Source: Eledone cirrhosa
Lineage: Eukaryota
Assembly: GCA_964016885.1 (NCBI GenBank)
Contig: CAXHJY010001472.1
Span: forward strand, 868,001-932,000
Direction: 5' to 3'
Length of the DNA stretch: 64,000 nucleotides
Position numbers and translations under genes: made by a program. How positions within the stretch are numbered: the first letter of the stretch is position 1; each line of letters starts with the position of its first letter. This document shows positions 27,901 through 41,300 of this stretch, one piece after another. The notes below the pieces were generated by a model that was not told the DNA's origin, searched no databases, and worked only from the letters and a program-made list of their open reading frames with translations.

Positions 27901-29399
27901 CAAATTATCTCCCCCTGATTTTTTTTTACTAATTATCTCCCCCTGATTTTTTTTTTACAAATTATCTCCCCCTGATTTTTTTACAAATTATCTCCCCCTG
28001 ATTTTTTTTACAATCTCCGCCTGATTTTTTAAAAAATTATCTTCCCTTGGCTGGCGGGAAATTATCTCCCCTTGGACGGCTGGAAATTATCTCCCCTTGG
28101 CTGGAAATTATCTCCCCTTGGACACTGGAAATTATAGCCCCTTGGAGGGCTGGAAATTATCTTCCCTTGGACGGCTGGAAATTATCTCCCCTTGATTTTT
28201 TTACAAATTATCTGCCCCTGATTTTTTTTTTACAAATTATCTCCCCCTGATTTTTTTTTACAAATTATCTACCCCTGATTTTTTTACAAATTATCTCCCC
28301 CTGATTTTTTTTTACAAATTATCTCCCCCTGATTTTTTAAAAAATGATCTCCCCTTGGACGGCTGGAAATGATCTCCCCTTGGCTGGTTGGAAATTATCT
28401 CCCCTTGGACCGCTAGAAATTATCTCTCCTTGGACGGCTGGAAATTATTTCCCCTTGATTTTTTTTACAAATCTCCCCCTAATTTAAAAAAAAATTATCT
28501 CCCCTTCGCTGGCTGGAAATTATCTCCCTTTGGACGGCTGGAAATTATAGCCCCTTGTAGGGCTGGAAATTATCTCCCCTTGGACGGCTGGAAATTATCT
28601 CCCCTTGATTTTTTTTACAAATTATCTCCCCCTGATTTTTTTAAAAATGATCTCCCCTTGGACGGCTGGAAATGATCTCCCCTTGGCTGGTTGGAAATTA
28701 TCTCCCCTTGGACCGCTAGAAATTATCTCTCCTTGGATGGCTGGAAATTATCTCCCCTTGATTTTTTTACAAATTATCTCCCCCTGATTTTTTTACAAAT
28801 CTCCCAGTGATTTTTAAAAAAAATTTTCTCCCCTTCGCTGGCTGGAAATTATCTCCCCTTGGACGCTGGAAATTATAGCCCCCTTGGAGGGCTGGAAATT
28901 ATCTTCCCTTGGACGGCTGGAAATTATCTCCCCTTGATTTTTTTTACAAATTATCTCCCCCTGATTTTTTTTTACAAATTATCTCCGCCTGATTTTTAAA
29001 AAAAATTATCTCCCCTTGGACGGCTGGAATTATCTCCCCTTGGACGGCTGGAAATTATCTCCCCTTGGACGGCTAGAAATTACCTCTCCTTGGACGGCTG
29101 AAAATTATCTCCCCTTGGACGGCTGCAAATTATCTCCCCTTGATTTTTTTTACAAATTATCTCCCCCTGATTTTTTTTTACAAATTATCTACCCCTGATT
29201 TTTTTTACAAATTATCTCCCCCTGATTTTTTTTTACAAATTATCTCCCCCTGATTTTTTTTTACAAATTATCTCCCCCTGATTTTTTTACAAATTAACTC
29301 CCCCTGATTTTTTTTACAATCTCCGCCTGATTTTTTAAAAAATAATCTTCCCTTGGCTGGCGGGAAATTATCTCCCCTTGGACGGCTGGAAATTATCTC

Positions 29400-32300
29400 C
29401 CCTTGCACGGCTGGAAATTATCTCCCCTTGGACAGCTGGAAATTATCTGCCCTTGATTTTGTTTTTACAAATTATCTCCCCCTGATTTTTTTTACAAATT
29501 ATCTCCACCTGATTTTTTAAAAAATTATCTCCCCTTGGACGGCTGGAAATTATCTCCCCTTGGCTGGAAATTATCTCCCCTTGGACGGCTAGAAATTATC
29601 TCTCTTTGGACGGCTGGAAATTATCTCCCTTTGATTTTTTTTACAAATTATCTCCCTCTGATTTTTTTTACAAATCTCCCCCTGATTTTTAAAAAAAAAT
29701 TATCTCCCCTTCGCTGGCTGGAAATTATCTCCCCTTGGACACTGGAAATTATAGCCCCTTGGAGGGCTGGAAATTATCTTCCCTTGGACGGCTGGAAATT
29801 ATCTCCCCTTGATTTTTTTTACAAATTATCTCCCCCTGATATTTTTTTTACAAATTATCTCCCCCTGATTTTTTTACAAATTATCTCCCCCTGATTTTTT
29901 TTACAAATTATCTCCGCCTGATTTTTTTAAATATTATCTTCCCTTGGCTGGCGGGAAATTATCTCCCCTTGGACGGTTGGAAATTATCTCCCCTTGCACT
30001 GCTGGAAATTATCTCCCCTTGGACGGCTGGAAATTATCTCCCCTTGCACGGCTGGAAATTATCATCCCCTTGGACGGCTAGAAATTGGACGGCTGAAAAT
30101 TATCTCCCCTTGGACGGCTGCAAATTATCTCCCCTTGATTTTTTTTTACAAATTATCTGCCCCTGATTTTTTTTTACAAATTATCTCCCCCTGATTTTTT
30201 TTTACAAATTATCTCCGCCTGATTTTTAAAAAAAAATTATCTCCCCTTAGACGGCTGGAAATTATCTCCCCTTGGACGGCTGGAAATTATCTCCCCTTGG
30301 ACGGCTAGAAATTGGACGGCTGAAAATTATCTCCCCTTGGACGGCTGCAAATTATCTCCCCTTGATTTTTTTTACAAATTATCTCCCCCTGATTTTTTTT
30401 TACAAATTATCTCCCCCTGATTTTTTTTTTACAAATTATCTCCCCCTGATTTTTTTACAAATTATCTCCCCCTGATTTTTTTTACAATCTCCGCCTGATT
30501 TTTTAAAAAATTATCTTCCCTTGGCTGGCGGGAAATTATCTCCCCTTGGACGGCTGGAAATTATCTCCCCTTGGCTGGAAATTATCTCCCCTTGGACACT
30601 GGAAATTATAGCCCCTTGGAGGGCTGGAAATTATCTTCCTTTGGACGGCTGGAAATTATCTCCCCTTGATTTTTTTACAAATTATCTGCCCCTGATTTTT
30701 TTTTACAAATTATCTCCCCCTGATTTTTTTTTACAAATTATCTACCCCTGATTTTTTTTACAAATTATCTCCCCCTGATTTTTTTTTTACAAATTATCTC
30801 CCCCTGATTTTTTTAAAAATGATCTCCCCTTGGACGGCTGGAAATGATCTCCCCTTGGCTGGTTGGAAATTATCTCCCCTTGGACCGCTAGAAATTATCT
30901 CTCCTTGGACGGCTGGAAATTATTTCCCCTTGATTTTTTTTACAAATCTCCCCCTAATTTAAAAAAAAATTATCTCCCCTTCGCTGGCTGGAAATTATCT
31001 CCCTTTGGACGGCTGGAAATTATAGCCCCTTGTAGGGCTGGAAATTATCTCCCCTTGGACGGCTGGAAATTATCTCCCCTTGATTTTTTTTACAAATTAT
31101 CTCCCCCTGATTTTTTTAAAAATGATCTCCCCTTGGACGGCTGGAAATGATCTCCCCTTGGCTGGTTGGAAATTATCTCCCCTTGGACCGCTAGAAATTA
31201 TCTCTCCTTGGATGGCTGGAAATTATCTCCCCTTGATTTTTCTACAAATTATCTCCCCCTGATTTTTTTTACAAATCTCCCAGTGATTTTTAAAAAAAAT
31301 TTTCTCCCCTTCGCTGGCTGGAAATTATCTCCCCTTGGACGCTGGAAATTATAGCCCCTTGGAAGGCTGGAAATTATCTTCCCTTGGACGGCTGGAAATT
31401 ATCTCCCCTTGATTTTTTTTTACAAATTATCTCCCCCTGATTTTTTTTTTTACAAATTATCTCCCCCTGATTTTTTTTAACAAATTATCTCCGCCTGATT
31501 TTTTTAAAAAAATTATCTCCCCTTGGACGGCTGGAAATTATCTCCCCTTGGACGGCTGGAAATTATCTCCCCTTGGACGGCTAGAAATTACCTCTCCTTG
31601 GACGGCTGAAAATTATCTCCCCTTGGACGGCTGCAAATTATCTCCCCTTGATTTTTTTTACAAATTATCTCCCCTTGATTTTTTTTTACAAATTATCTCC
31701 CCCTGATTTTTTTTACAAATTATCTTCCCTTGGACGGCTGGAAATTATCTCCCCTTGGAAGGATGGAAATTATCTCCCCTTGGACGGCTGGAAATTATCT
31801 CCCCTTGCACGGCTGGAAATTATCTCCCCTTGGACAGCTGGAAATTATCTGCCCTTGATTTTGTTTTTACAAATTATCTCCCCCTGATTTTTTTTACAAA
31901 TTATCTCCACCTGATTTTTTTAAAAATTATCTCCCCTTGGACGGCTGGAAATTATCTCCCCTTGGCTGGAAATTATCTCCCCTTGGACGGCTAGAAATTA
32001 TCTCTCTTTGGACGGCTGGAAATTATCTCCCTTTGATTTTTTTAACAAATTATCTCCCTCTGATTTTTTTTACAAATCTCCCCCTGATTTTTTAAAAAAA
32101 ATTATCTCCCCTTCGCTGGCTGGAAATTATCTCCCCTTGGACACTGGAAATTATAGCCCCCTGGAGGGCTGGAAATTATCTTCCCTTGGACGGCTGGAAA
32201 TTATCTCCCCTTGATTTTTTTTACAAATTATCTCCCCCTGATTTTTTTTTACAAATTATCTCCCCCTGATTTTTTTTACAAATTATCTCCCCCTGATTTT

Positions 32301-35300
32301 TTTTTACAAATTATCTCCCCCTGATATTTTTTTTACAAATTATCTCCGCCTGATTTTTTAAAAAAAATTATCTCCCCTTGGACGGCTGGAAATTATCTCC
32401 CCTTGGACGGCTGGAAATTATCTCCCCTTGGACGGCTAGAAATTACCTCTCCTTGGACGGCTGAAAATTATCTCCCCTTGGACGGCTGCAAATTATCTCC
32501 CCTTGATTTTTTTTACAAATTATCTCCCCCTGATTTTTTTTTTACAAATTATCTCCCCCTGATTTTTTTTTTACAAATCTCCGCCCGATTTTTAAAAAAA
32601 ATTATCTCCCCTTGGACGGCTGGAAATTATCTCCCCTTGGACGGCTGGAAATTATCTTCCCTTGGACGGCTAGAAATTACCTCTCCTTGGACGGCTGAAA
32701 ATTATCTCCCCTTGGACGGCTGGAAATTATCTCCCCTTGATTTTTTTACAAATTATCTGCCCCTGATTTTTTTTTTACAAATTATCTCCCCCTGATTTTT
32801 TTAAAAATGATCTCCCCTTGGACGGCTGGAAATGATCTCCCCTTGGCTGGTTGGAAATTATCTCCCCTTGGACCGCTAGAAATAATCTCTCCTTGGACGG
32901 CTGGAAATTATCTCCCCTTGATTTTTTTTACAAATCTCCCCCTAATTTAAAAAAAAATTATCTCCCCTTCGCTGGCTGGAAATTATCTCCCTTTGGACGG
33001 CTGGAAATTATAGCCCCTTGTAGGGCTGGAAATTATCTCCCCTTGGACGGCTGGAAATTATCTCCCCTTGATTTTCTTTACAAATTATCTCCCCCTGACT
33101 TTTTAAAAAATGATCTCCCCTTGGACGGCTGGAAATGATCTCCCCTTGGCTGGTTGGAAATTTTCTCCCCTTGGACCGCTAGAAATTATCTCTCCTTGGA
33201 CGGCTGGAAATTATCTCCCCTTGATTTTTTTACAAATTATCTCCCCCTGATTTTTTTTACAAATCTCCCAGTGATTTTTTAAAAAAATTATCTCCCCTTC
33301 GCTGGCTGGAAATTATCTCCCCTTGGACGCTGGAAATTATAGCCCCTTGGAGGGCTGGAAATTATCTTCCCTTGGACGGCTGGAAATTATCTCCCCTTGA
33401 TTTTTTTTACAAATTATCTCCCCCTGATTTTTTTTTACAAATTATCTCCCCCTGATTTTTTTTACAAATTATCTCCCCCTGATTTTTTTAAACAAATTAT
33501 CTCCCCTTGGACGGCTGGAAATTATCTCCCCTTGGACGGCTGGAAATTATCTCCCCTTGGACGGCTAGAAATTACCTCTCCTTGGGCAGCTGAAAATTAT
33601 CTCCCCTTGGACGGCTGCAAATTATCTCCCCTTGATTTTTTTTACAAATTATCATCCCTTGATTTTTTTTTACAAATTATCTCCCCCTGATTTTTTTTAC
33701 AAATTATCTCCCCCTGATTTTTTTTTACAAATTATCTCCCCCTGATTTTTTTTACAAAATATCTCCCCCTGATTTTTTTACAAATTATCTCCCCCTGATT
33801 TTTTTTACAATCTCCGCCTGATTTTTTAAAAAATTATCTTGCCTTGGCTGGCTGGAAATTATCTCCCCTTGGACGGCTGGAAATTATCTCCCCTTGGAAG
33901 GATGGAAATTATCTCCCCTTGGACGGCTGGAAATTATCTCCCCTTGCACGGCTGGAAATTATCTCCCCTTGGACAGCTGGAAATTATCTGCCCTTGATTT
34001 TGTTTTTACAAATTATGTTCCCCTGATTTTTTTTACAAATTATCTCCACCTGATTTTTTAAAAAATTATCTCCCCTTGGACGGCTGGAAATTATCTCCCC
34101 TTGGTTGGAAATTATCTCCCCTTGGACGGCTAGAAATTATCTCTGTTTGGACGGCTGGAAATTATCTCCCTTTGATTTTTTTAACAAATTATCTCCCTCT
34201 GATTTTTTTTACAAATCTCCCCCTGATTTTTTTAAAAAAATTATCTCCCCTTCGCTGGCTGGAAATTATCTCCCCTTGGACACTGGAAATTATAGCCCCC
34301 TGGAGGGCTGGAAATTATCTTCCCTTGGACGGCTGGAAATTATCTCCCCTTGATTTTTTTTACAAATTATCTCCCCCTGATTTTTTTTTTACAAATTATC
34401 TCCCCCTGATTTTTTTTACAAATTATCTCCCCCTGATTTTTTTACAAATTATCTCCGCCTGATTTTTTTAAAAATTATCTTCCCTTGGCTGGCGGGAAAT
34501 TATCTCCCCTTGGACGGCTGGAAATTATCTCCCCTTGGAAGGATGGAAATTATCTCCCCTTGGACAGCTGGAAATTATCTCCCCTTGGACGGCTGAAAAT
34601 TATCTCCCCTTGATTTTTTTTTTACAAACTATCTCCCCCTGATTTTTTTTTAGAAATTATCTCCCCCTGATTTTTTTTTTACAAATTATCTCCCCCTGAT
34701 TTTTTTTTACAAATTATCTCCCCCTGATTTTTTTTTTACAAATTATCTACCCCTGATTTTTTTTACAAATTATCTCCCCCTGATTTTTTTTTTACAAATT
34801 ATCTCCCCCTGATTTTTTAAAAAATGATCTCCCCTTGGACGGCTGGAAATGATCTCCCCTTGGCTGGTTGGAAATTATCTCCCCTTGGACCGCTAGAAAT
34901 TATCTCTCCTTGGACGGCTGGAAATTATTTCCCCTTGATTTTTTTTACAAATCTCCCCCTAATTTAAAAAAAAATTATCTCCCCTTCGCTGGCTGGAAAT
35001 TATCTCCCTTTGGACGGCTGGAAATTATAGCCCCTTGTAGGGCTGGAAATTATCTCCCCTTGGACGGCTGGAAATTATCTCCCCTTGATTTTTTTTACAA
35101 ATTATCTCCCCCTGATTTTTTTAAAAATGATCTCCCCTTGGACGGCTGGAAATGATCTCCCCTTGGCTGGTTGGAAATTATCTCCCCTTGGACCGCTAGA
35201 AATTATCTCTCCTTGGATGGCTGGAAATTATCTCCCCTTGATTTTTCTACAAATTATCTCCCCCTGATTTTTTTTACAAATCTCCCAGTGATTTTTAAAA

Positions 35301-38300
35301 AAAATTTTCTCCCCTTCGCTGGCTGGAAATTATCTCCCCTTGGACGCTGGAAATTATAGCCCCTTGGAAGGCTGGAAATTATCTTCCCTTGGACGGCTGG
35401 AAATTATCTCCCCTTGATTTTTTTTACAAATTATCTCCCCCTGATTTTTTTTTTTACAAATTATCTCCCCCTGATTTTTTTTAACAAATTATCTCCGCCT
35501 GATTTTTTTAAAAAAATTATCTCCCCTTGGACGGCTGGAAATTATCTCCCCTTGGACGGCTGGAAATTATCTCCCCTTGGACGGCTAGAAATTACCTCTC
35601 CTTGGACGGCTGAAAATTATCTCCCCTTGGACGGCTGCAAATTATCTCCCCTTGATTTTTTTTACAAATTATCTCCCCTTGATTTTTTTTTATAAATTAT
35701 CTCCCCCTGATTTTTTTTACAAATTATCTTCCCTTGGACGGCTGGAAATTATCTCCCCTTGGAAGGATGGAAATTATCTCCCCTTGGACGGCTGGAAATT
35801 ATCTCCCCTTGCACGGCTGGAAATTATCTCCCCTTGGACAGCTGGAAATTATCTGCCCTTGATTTTTTTTTACAAATTATCTCCCCCTGATTTTTTTTTA
35901 CAAATTATCTCCCCCTGATTTTTTTTTTACAAATTATCTCCGCCTGATTTTTTTTTTAAATTATCTCCCCTTGGACGGCTGGAAATTATCTCCCCTTGGA
36001 CGGCTGGAAATTATCTTCCCTTGGACGGCTAGAAATTACCTCTCCTTGGACGGCTGAAAATTATCTCCCCTTGGACGGCTGGAAATTATCTCCCCTTGAT
36101 TTTTTTACAAATTATCTGCCCCTGATTTTTTTTTACAAATTATCTCCCCCTGATTTTTTTTTACAAATTATCTCCCCCTGATTTTTTTTTACTAATTATC
36201 TCCCCCTGATTTTTTTTTTACAAATTATCTCCCCCTGATTTTTTTACAAATTATCTCCCCCTGATTTTTTTTACAATCTCCGCCTGATTTTTTAAAAAAT
36301 TATCTTCCCTTGGCTGGCGGGAAATTATCTCCCCTTGGACGGCTGGAAATTATCTCCCCTTGGCTGGAAATTATCTCCCCTTGGACACTGGAAATTATAG
36401 CCCCTTGGAGGGCTGGAAATTATCTTCCCTTGGACGGCTGGAAATTATCTCCCCTTGATTTTTTTACAAATTATCTGCCCCTGATTTTTTTTTTACAAAT
36501 TATCTCCCCCTGATTTTTTTTTACAAATTATCTACCCCTGATTTTTTTTACAAATTATCTCCCCCTGATTTTTTTTTACAAATTATCTCCCCCTGATTTT
36601 TTAAAAAATGATCTCCCCTTGGACGGCTGGAAATGATCTCCCCTTGGCTGGTTGGAAATTATCTCCCCTTGGACCGCTAGAAATTATCTCTCCTTGGACG
36701 GCTGGAAATTATTTCCCCTTGATTTTTTTTACAAATCTCCCCCTAATTTAAAAAAAAATTATCTCCCCTTCGCTGGCTGGAAATTATCTCCCTTTGGACG
36801 GCTGGAAATTATAGCCCCTTGTAGGGCTGGAAATTATCTCCCCTTGGACGGCTGGAAATTATCTCCCCTTGATTTTTTTTACAAATTATCTCCCCCTGAT
36901 TTTTTTAAAAATGATCTCCCCTTGGACGGCTGGAAATGATCTCCCCTTGGCTGGTTGGAAATTATCTCCCCTTGGACCGCTAGAAATTATCTCTCCTTGG
37001 ATGGCTGGAAATTATCTCCCCTTGATTTTTTTACAAATTATCTCCCCCTGATTTTTTTACAAATCTCCCAGTGATTTTTAAAAAAAATTTTCTCCCCTTC
37101 GCTGGCTGGAAATTATCTCCCCTTGGACGCTGGAAATTATAGCCCCCTTGGAGGGCTGGAAATTATCTTCCCTTGGACGGCTGGAAATTATCTCCCCTTG
37201 ATTTTTTTTACAAATTATCTCCCCCTGATTTTTTTTTACAAATTATCTCCGCCTGATTTTTAAAAAAAATTATCTCCCCTTGGACGGCTGGAATTATCTC
37301 CCCTTGGACGGCTGGAAATTATCTCCCCTTGGACGGCTAGAAATTACCTCTCCTTGGACGGCTGAAAATTATCTCCCCTTGGACGGCTGCAAATTATCTC
37401 CCCTTGATTTTTTTTACAAATTATCTCCCCCTGATTTTTTTTTACAAATTATCTCCCCCTGATTTTTTTTTACAAATTATCTCCCCCTGATTTTTTTTTA
37501 CAAATTATCTACCCCTGATTTTTTTTTACAAATTATCTCCCCCTGATTTTTTTTTACAAATTATCTCCCCCTGATTTTTTTTTACAAATTATCTCCCCCT
37601 GATTTTTTTTTTACAAATTATCTCCCCCTGATTTTTTTACAAATTATCTCCCCCTGATTTTTTTTACAATCTCCGCCTGATTTTTTAAAAAATGATCTCC
37701 CCTTGGACGGCTGGAAATGATCTCCCCTTGGCTGGTTGGAAATTATCTCCCCTTGGACCGCTAGAAATTATCTCTCCTTGGACGGCTGGAAATTATCTCC
37801 CCTTGATTTTTTTACAAATTATCTCCCCCTGATTTTTTTTACAAATCTCCCAGTGATTTTTTAAAAAAAATTATCTCCCCTTCGCTGGCTGGAAATTATC
37901 TCCCCTTGGACGCTGGAAATTATAGCCCCCTTGGAGGGCTGGAAATTATCTTCCCTTGGACGGCTGGAAATTATCTCCCCTTGATTTTCTTTTACAAATT
38001 ATCTCCCCCTGATTTTTTTTTACAAATTATCTCCGCCTGATTTTTAAAAAAAAATTATCTCCCCTTGGACGGCTGGAATTATCTCCCCTTGGACGGCTGG
38101 AAATTATCTCCCCTTGGACGGCTAGAAATTACCTCTCCTTGGACGGCTGAAAATTATCTCCCCTTGGACGGCTGCAAATTATCTCCCCTTGATTTTTTTT
38201 ACAAATTATCTCCCCCTGATTTTTTTTTACAAATTATCTACCCCTGATTTTTTTTACAAATTATCTCCCCCTGATTTTTTTTTACAAATTATGTCCCCCT

Positions 38301-41300
38301 GATTTTTTTTTACAAATTATCTCCCCCTGATTTTTTTACAAATTATCTCCCCCTGATTTTTTTTACAATCTCCGCCTGATTTTTTAAAAAATAATCTTCC
38401 CTTGGCTGGCGGGAAATTATCTCCCCTTGGACGGCTGGAAATTATCTCCCCTTGGAAGGATAGAAATTATCTCCCCTTGGACGGCTGGAAATTATCTCCC
38501 CTTGCACGGCTGGAAATTATCTCCCCTTGGACAGCTGGAAATTATCTGCCCTTGATTTTGTTTTTACAAATTATCTCCCCCTGATTTTTTTTACAAATTA
38601 TCTCCACCTGATTTTTTAAAAAATTATCTCCCCTTGGACGGCTGGAAATTATCTCCCCTTGGCTGGAAATTATCTCCCCTTGGACGGCTAGAAATTATCT
38701 CTCTTTGGACGGCTGGAAATTATCTCCCTTTGATTTTTTTACAAATTATCTCCCTCTGATTTTTTTTACAAATCTCCCCCTGATTTTTAAAAAAAAATTA
38801 TCTCCCCTTCGCTGGCTGGAAATTATCTCCCCTTGGACACTGGAAATTATAGCCCCTTGGAGGGCTGGAAATTATCTTCCCTTGGACGGCTGGAAATTAT
38901 CTCCCCTTGATTTTTTTTACAAATTATCTCCCCCTGATATTTTTTTTACAAATTATCTCCCCCTGATTTTTTTACAAATTATCTCCCCCTGATTTTTTTT
39001 ACAAATTATCTCCGCCTGATTTTTTTAAATATTATCTTCCCTTGGCTGGCGGGAAATTATCTCCCCTTGGACGGTTGGAAATTATCTCCCCTTGCACTGC
39101 TGGAAATTATCTCCCCTTGGACGGCTGGAAATTATCTCCCCTTGCACGGCTGGAAATTATCATCCCCTTGGACGGCTAGAAATTGGACGGCTGAAAATTA
39201 TCTCCCCTTGGACGGCTGCAAATTATCTCCCCTTGATTTTTTTTTACAAATTATCTGCCCCTGATTTTTTTTTACAAATTATCTCCCCCTGATTTTTTTT
39301 TACAAATTATCTCCGCCTGATTTTTAAAAAAAAATTATCTCCCCTTAGACGGCTGGAAATTATCTCCCCTTGGACGGCTGGAAATTATCTCCCCTTGGAC
39401 GGCTAGAAATTGGACGGCTGAAAATTATCTCCCCTTGGACGGCTGCAAATTATCTCCCCTTGATTTTTTTTACAAATTATCTCCCCCTGATTTTTTTTTA
39501 CAAATTATCTCCCCCTGATTTTTTTTTTACAAATTATCTCCCCCTGATTTTTTTACAAATTATCTCCCCCTGATTTTTTTTACAATCTCCGCCTGATTTT
39601 TTAAAAAATTATCTTCCCTTGGCTGGCGGGAAATTATCTCCCCTTGGACGGCTGGAAATTATCTCCCCTTGGCTGGAAATTATCTCCCCTTGGACACTGG
39701 AAATTATAGCCCCTTGGAGGGCTGGAAATTATCTTCCCTTGGACGGCTGGAAATTATCTCCCCTTGATTTTTTTACAAATTATCTGCCCCTGATTTTTTT
39801 TTACAAATTATCTCCCCCTGATTTTTTTTTACAAATTATCTACCCCTGATTTTTTTTACAAATTATCTCCCCCTGATTTTTTTTTTACAAATTATCTCCC
39901 CCTGATTTTTTTAAAAATGATCTCCCCTTGGACGGCTGGAAATGATCTCCCCTTGGCTGGTTGGAAATTATCTCCCCTTGGACCGCTAGAAATTATCTCT
40001 CCTTGGACGGCTGGAAATTATTTCCCCTTGATTTTTTTTACAAATCTCCCCCTAATTTAAAAAAAAATTATCTCCCCTTCGCTGGCTGGAAATTATCTCC
40101 CTTTGGACGGCTGGAAATTATAGCCCCTTGTAGGGCTGGAAATTATCTCCCCTTGGACGGCTGGAAATTATCTCCCCTTGATTTTTTTTACAAATTATCT
40201 CCCCCTGATTTTTTTAAAAATGATCTCCCCTTGGACGGCTGGAAATGATCTCCCCTTGGCTGGTTGGAAATTATCTCCCCTTGGACCGCTAGAAATTATC
40301 TCTCCTTGGATGGCTGGAAATTATCTCCCCTTGATTTTTCTACAAATTATCTCCCCCTGATTTTTTTTACAAATCTCCCAGTGATTTTTAAAAAAAATTT
40401 TCTCCCCTTCGCTGGCTGGAAATTATCTCCCCTTGGACGCTGGAAATTATAGCCCCTTGGAAGGCTGGAAATTATCTTCCCTTGGACGGCTGGAAATTAT
40501 CTCCCCTTGATTTTTTTTTACAAATTATCTCCCCCTGATTTTTTTTTTTACAAATTATCTCCCCCTGATTTTTTTTAACAAATTATCTCCGCCTGATTTT
40601 TTTAAAAAAATTATCTCCCCTTGGACGGCTGGAAATTATCTCCCCTTGGACGGCTGGAAATTATCTCCCCTTGGACGGCTAGAAATTACCTCTCCTTGGA
40701 CGGCTGAAAATTATCTCCCCTTGGACGGCTGCAAATTATCTCCCCTTGATTTTTTTTACAAATTATCTCCCCTTGATTTTTTTTTACAAATTATCTCCCC
40801 CTGATTTTTTTTACAAATTATCTTCCCTTGGACGGCTGGAAATTATCTCCCCTTGGAAGGATGGAAATTATCTCCCCTTGGACGGCTGGAAATTATCTCC
40901 CCTTGCACGGCTGGAAATTATCTCCCCTTGGACAGCTGGAAATTATCTGCCCTTGATTTTGTTTTTACAAATTATCTCCCCCTGATTTTTTTTACAAATT
41001 ATCTCCACCTGATTTTTTTAAAAATTATCTCCCCTTGGACGGCTGGAAATTATCTCCCCTTGGCTGGAAATTATCTCCCCTTGGACGGCTAGAAATTATC
41101 TCTCTTTGGACGGCTGGAAATTATCTCCCTTTGATTTTTTTAACAAATTATCTCCCTCTGATTTTTTTTACAAATCTCCCCCTGATTTTTTAAAAAAAAT
41201 TATCTCCCCTTCGCTGGCTGGAAATTATCTCCCCTTGGACACTGGAAATTATAGCCCCCTGGAGGGCTGGAAATTATCTTCCCTTGGACGGCTGGAAATT

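Larger units (their letters stand above)
1650..28870 (+). repeat. About three tandem copies of an ~8.79 kb higher-order repeat
   Basis: Matching ORF strings recur at 2123/10910/19699/28388, 4110/12897/21686, 5335/14122/22910 and 7608/16396. Offsets are 8,787-8,789 bp, and the third copy is shifted by +79 and -175 bp indels. Confidence 0.92.
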
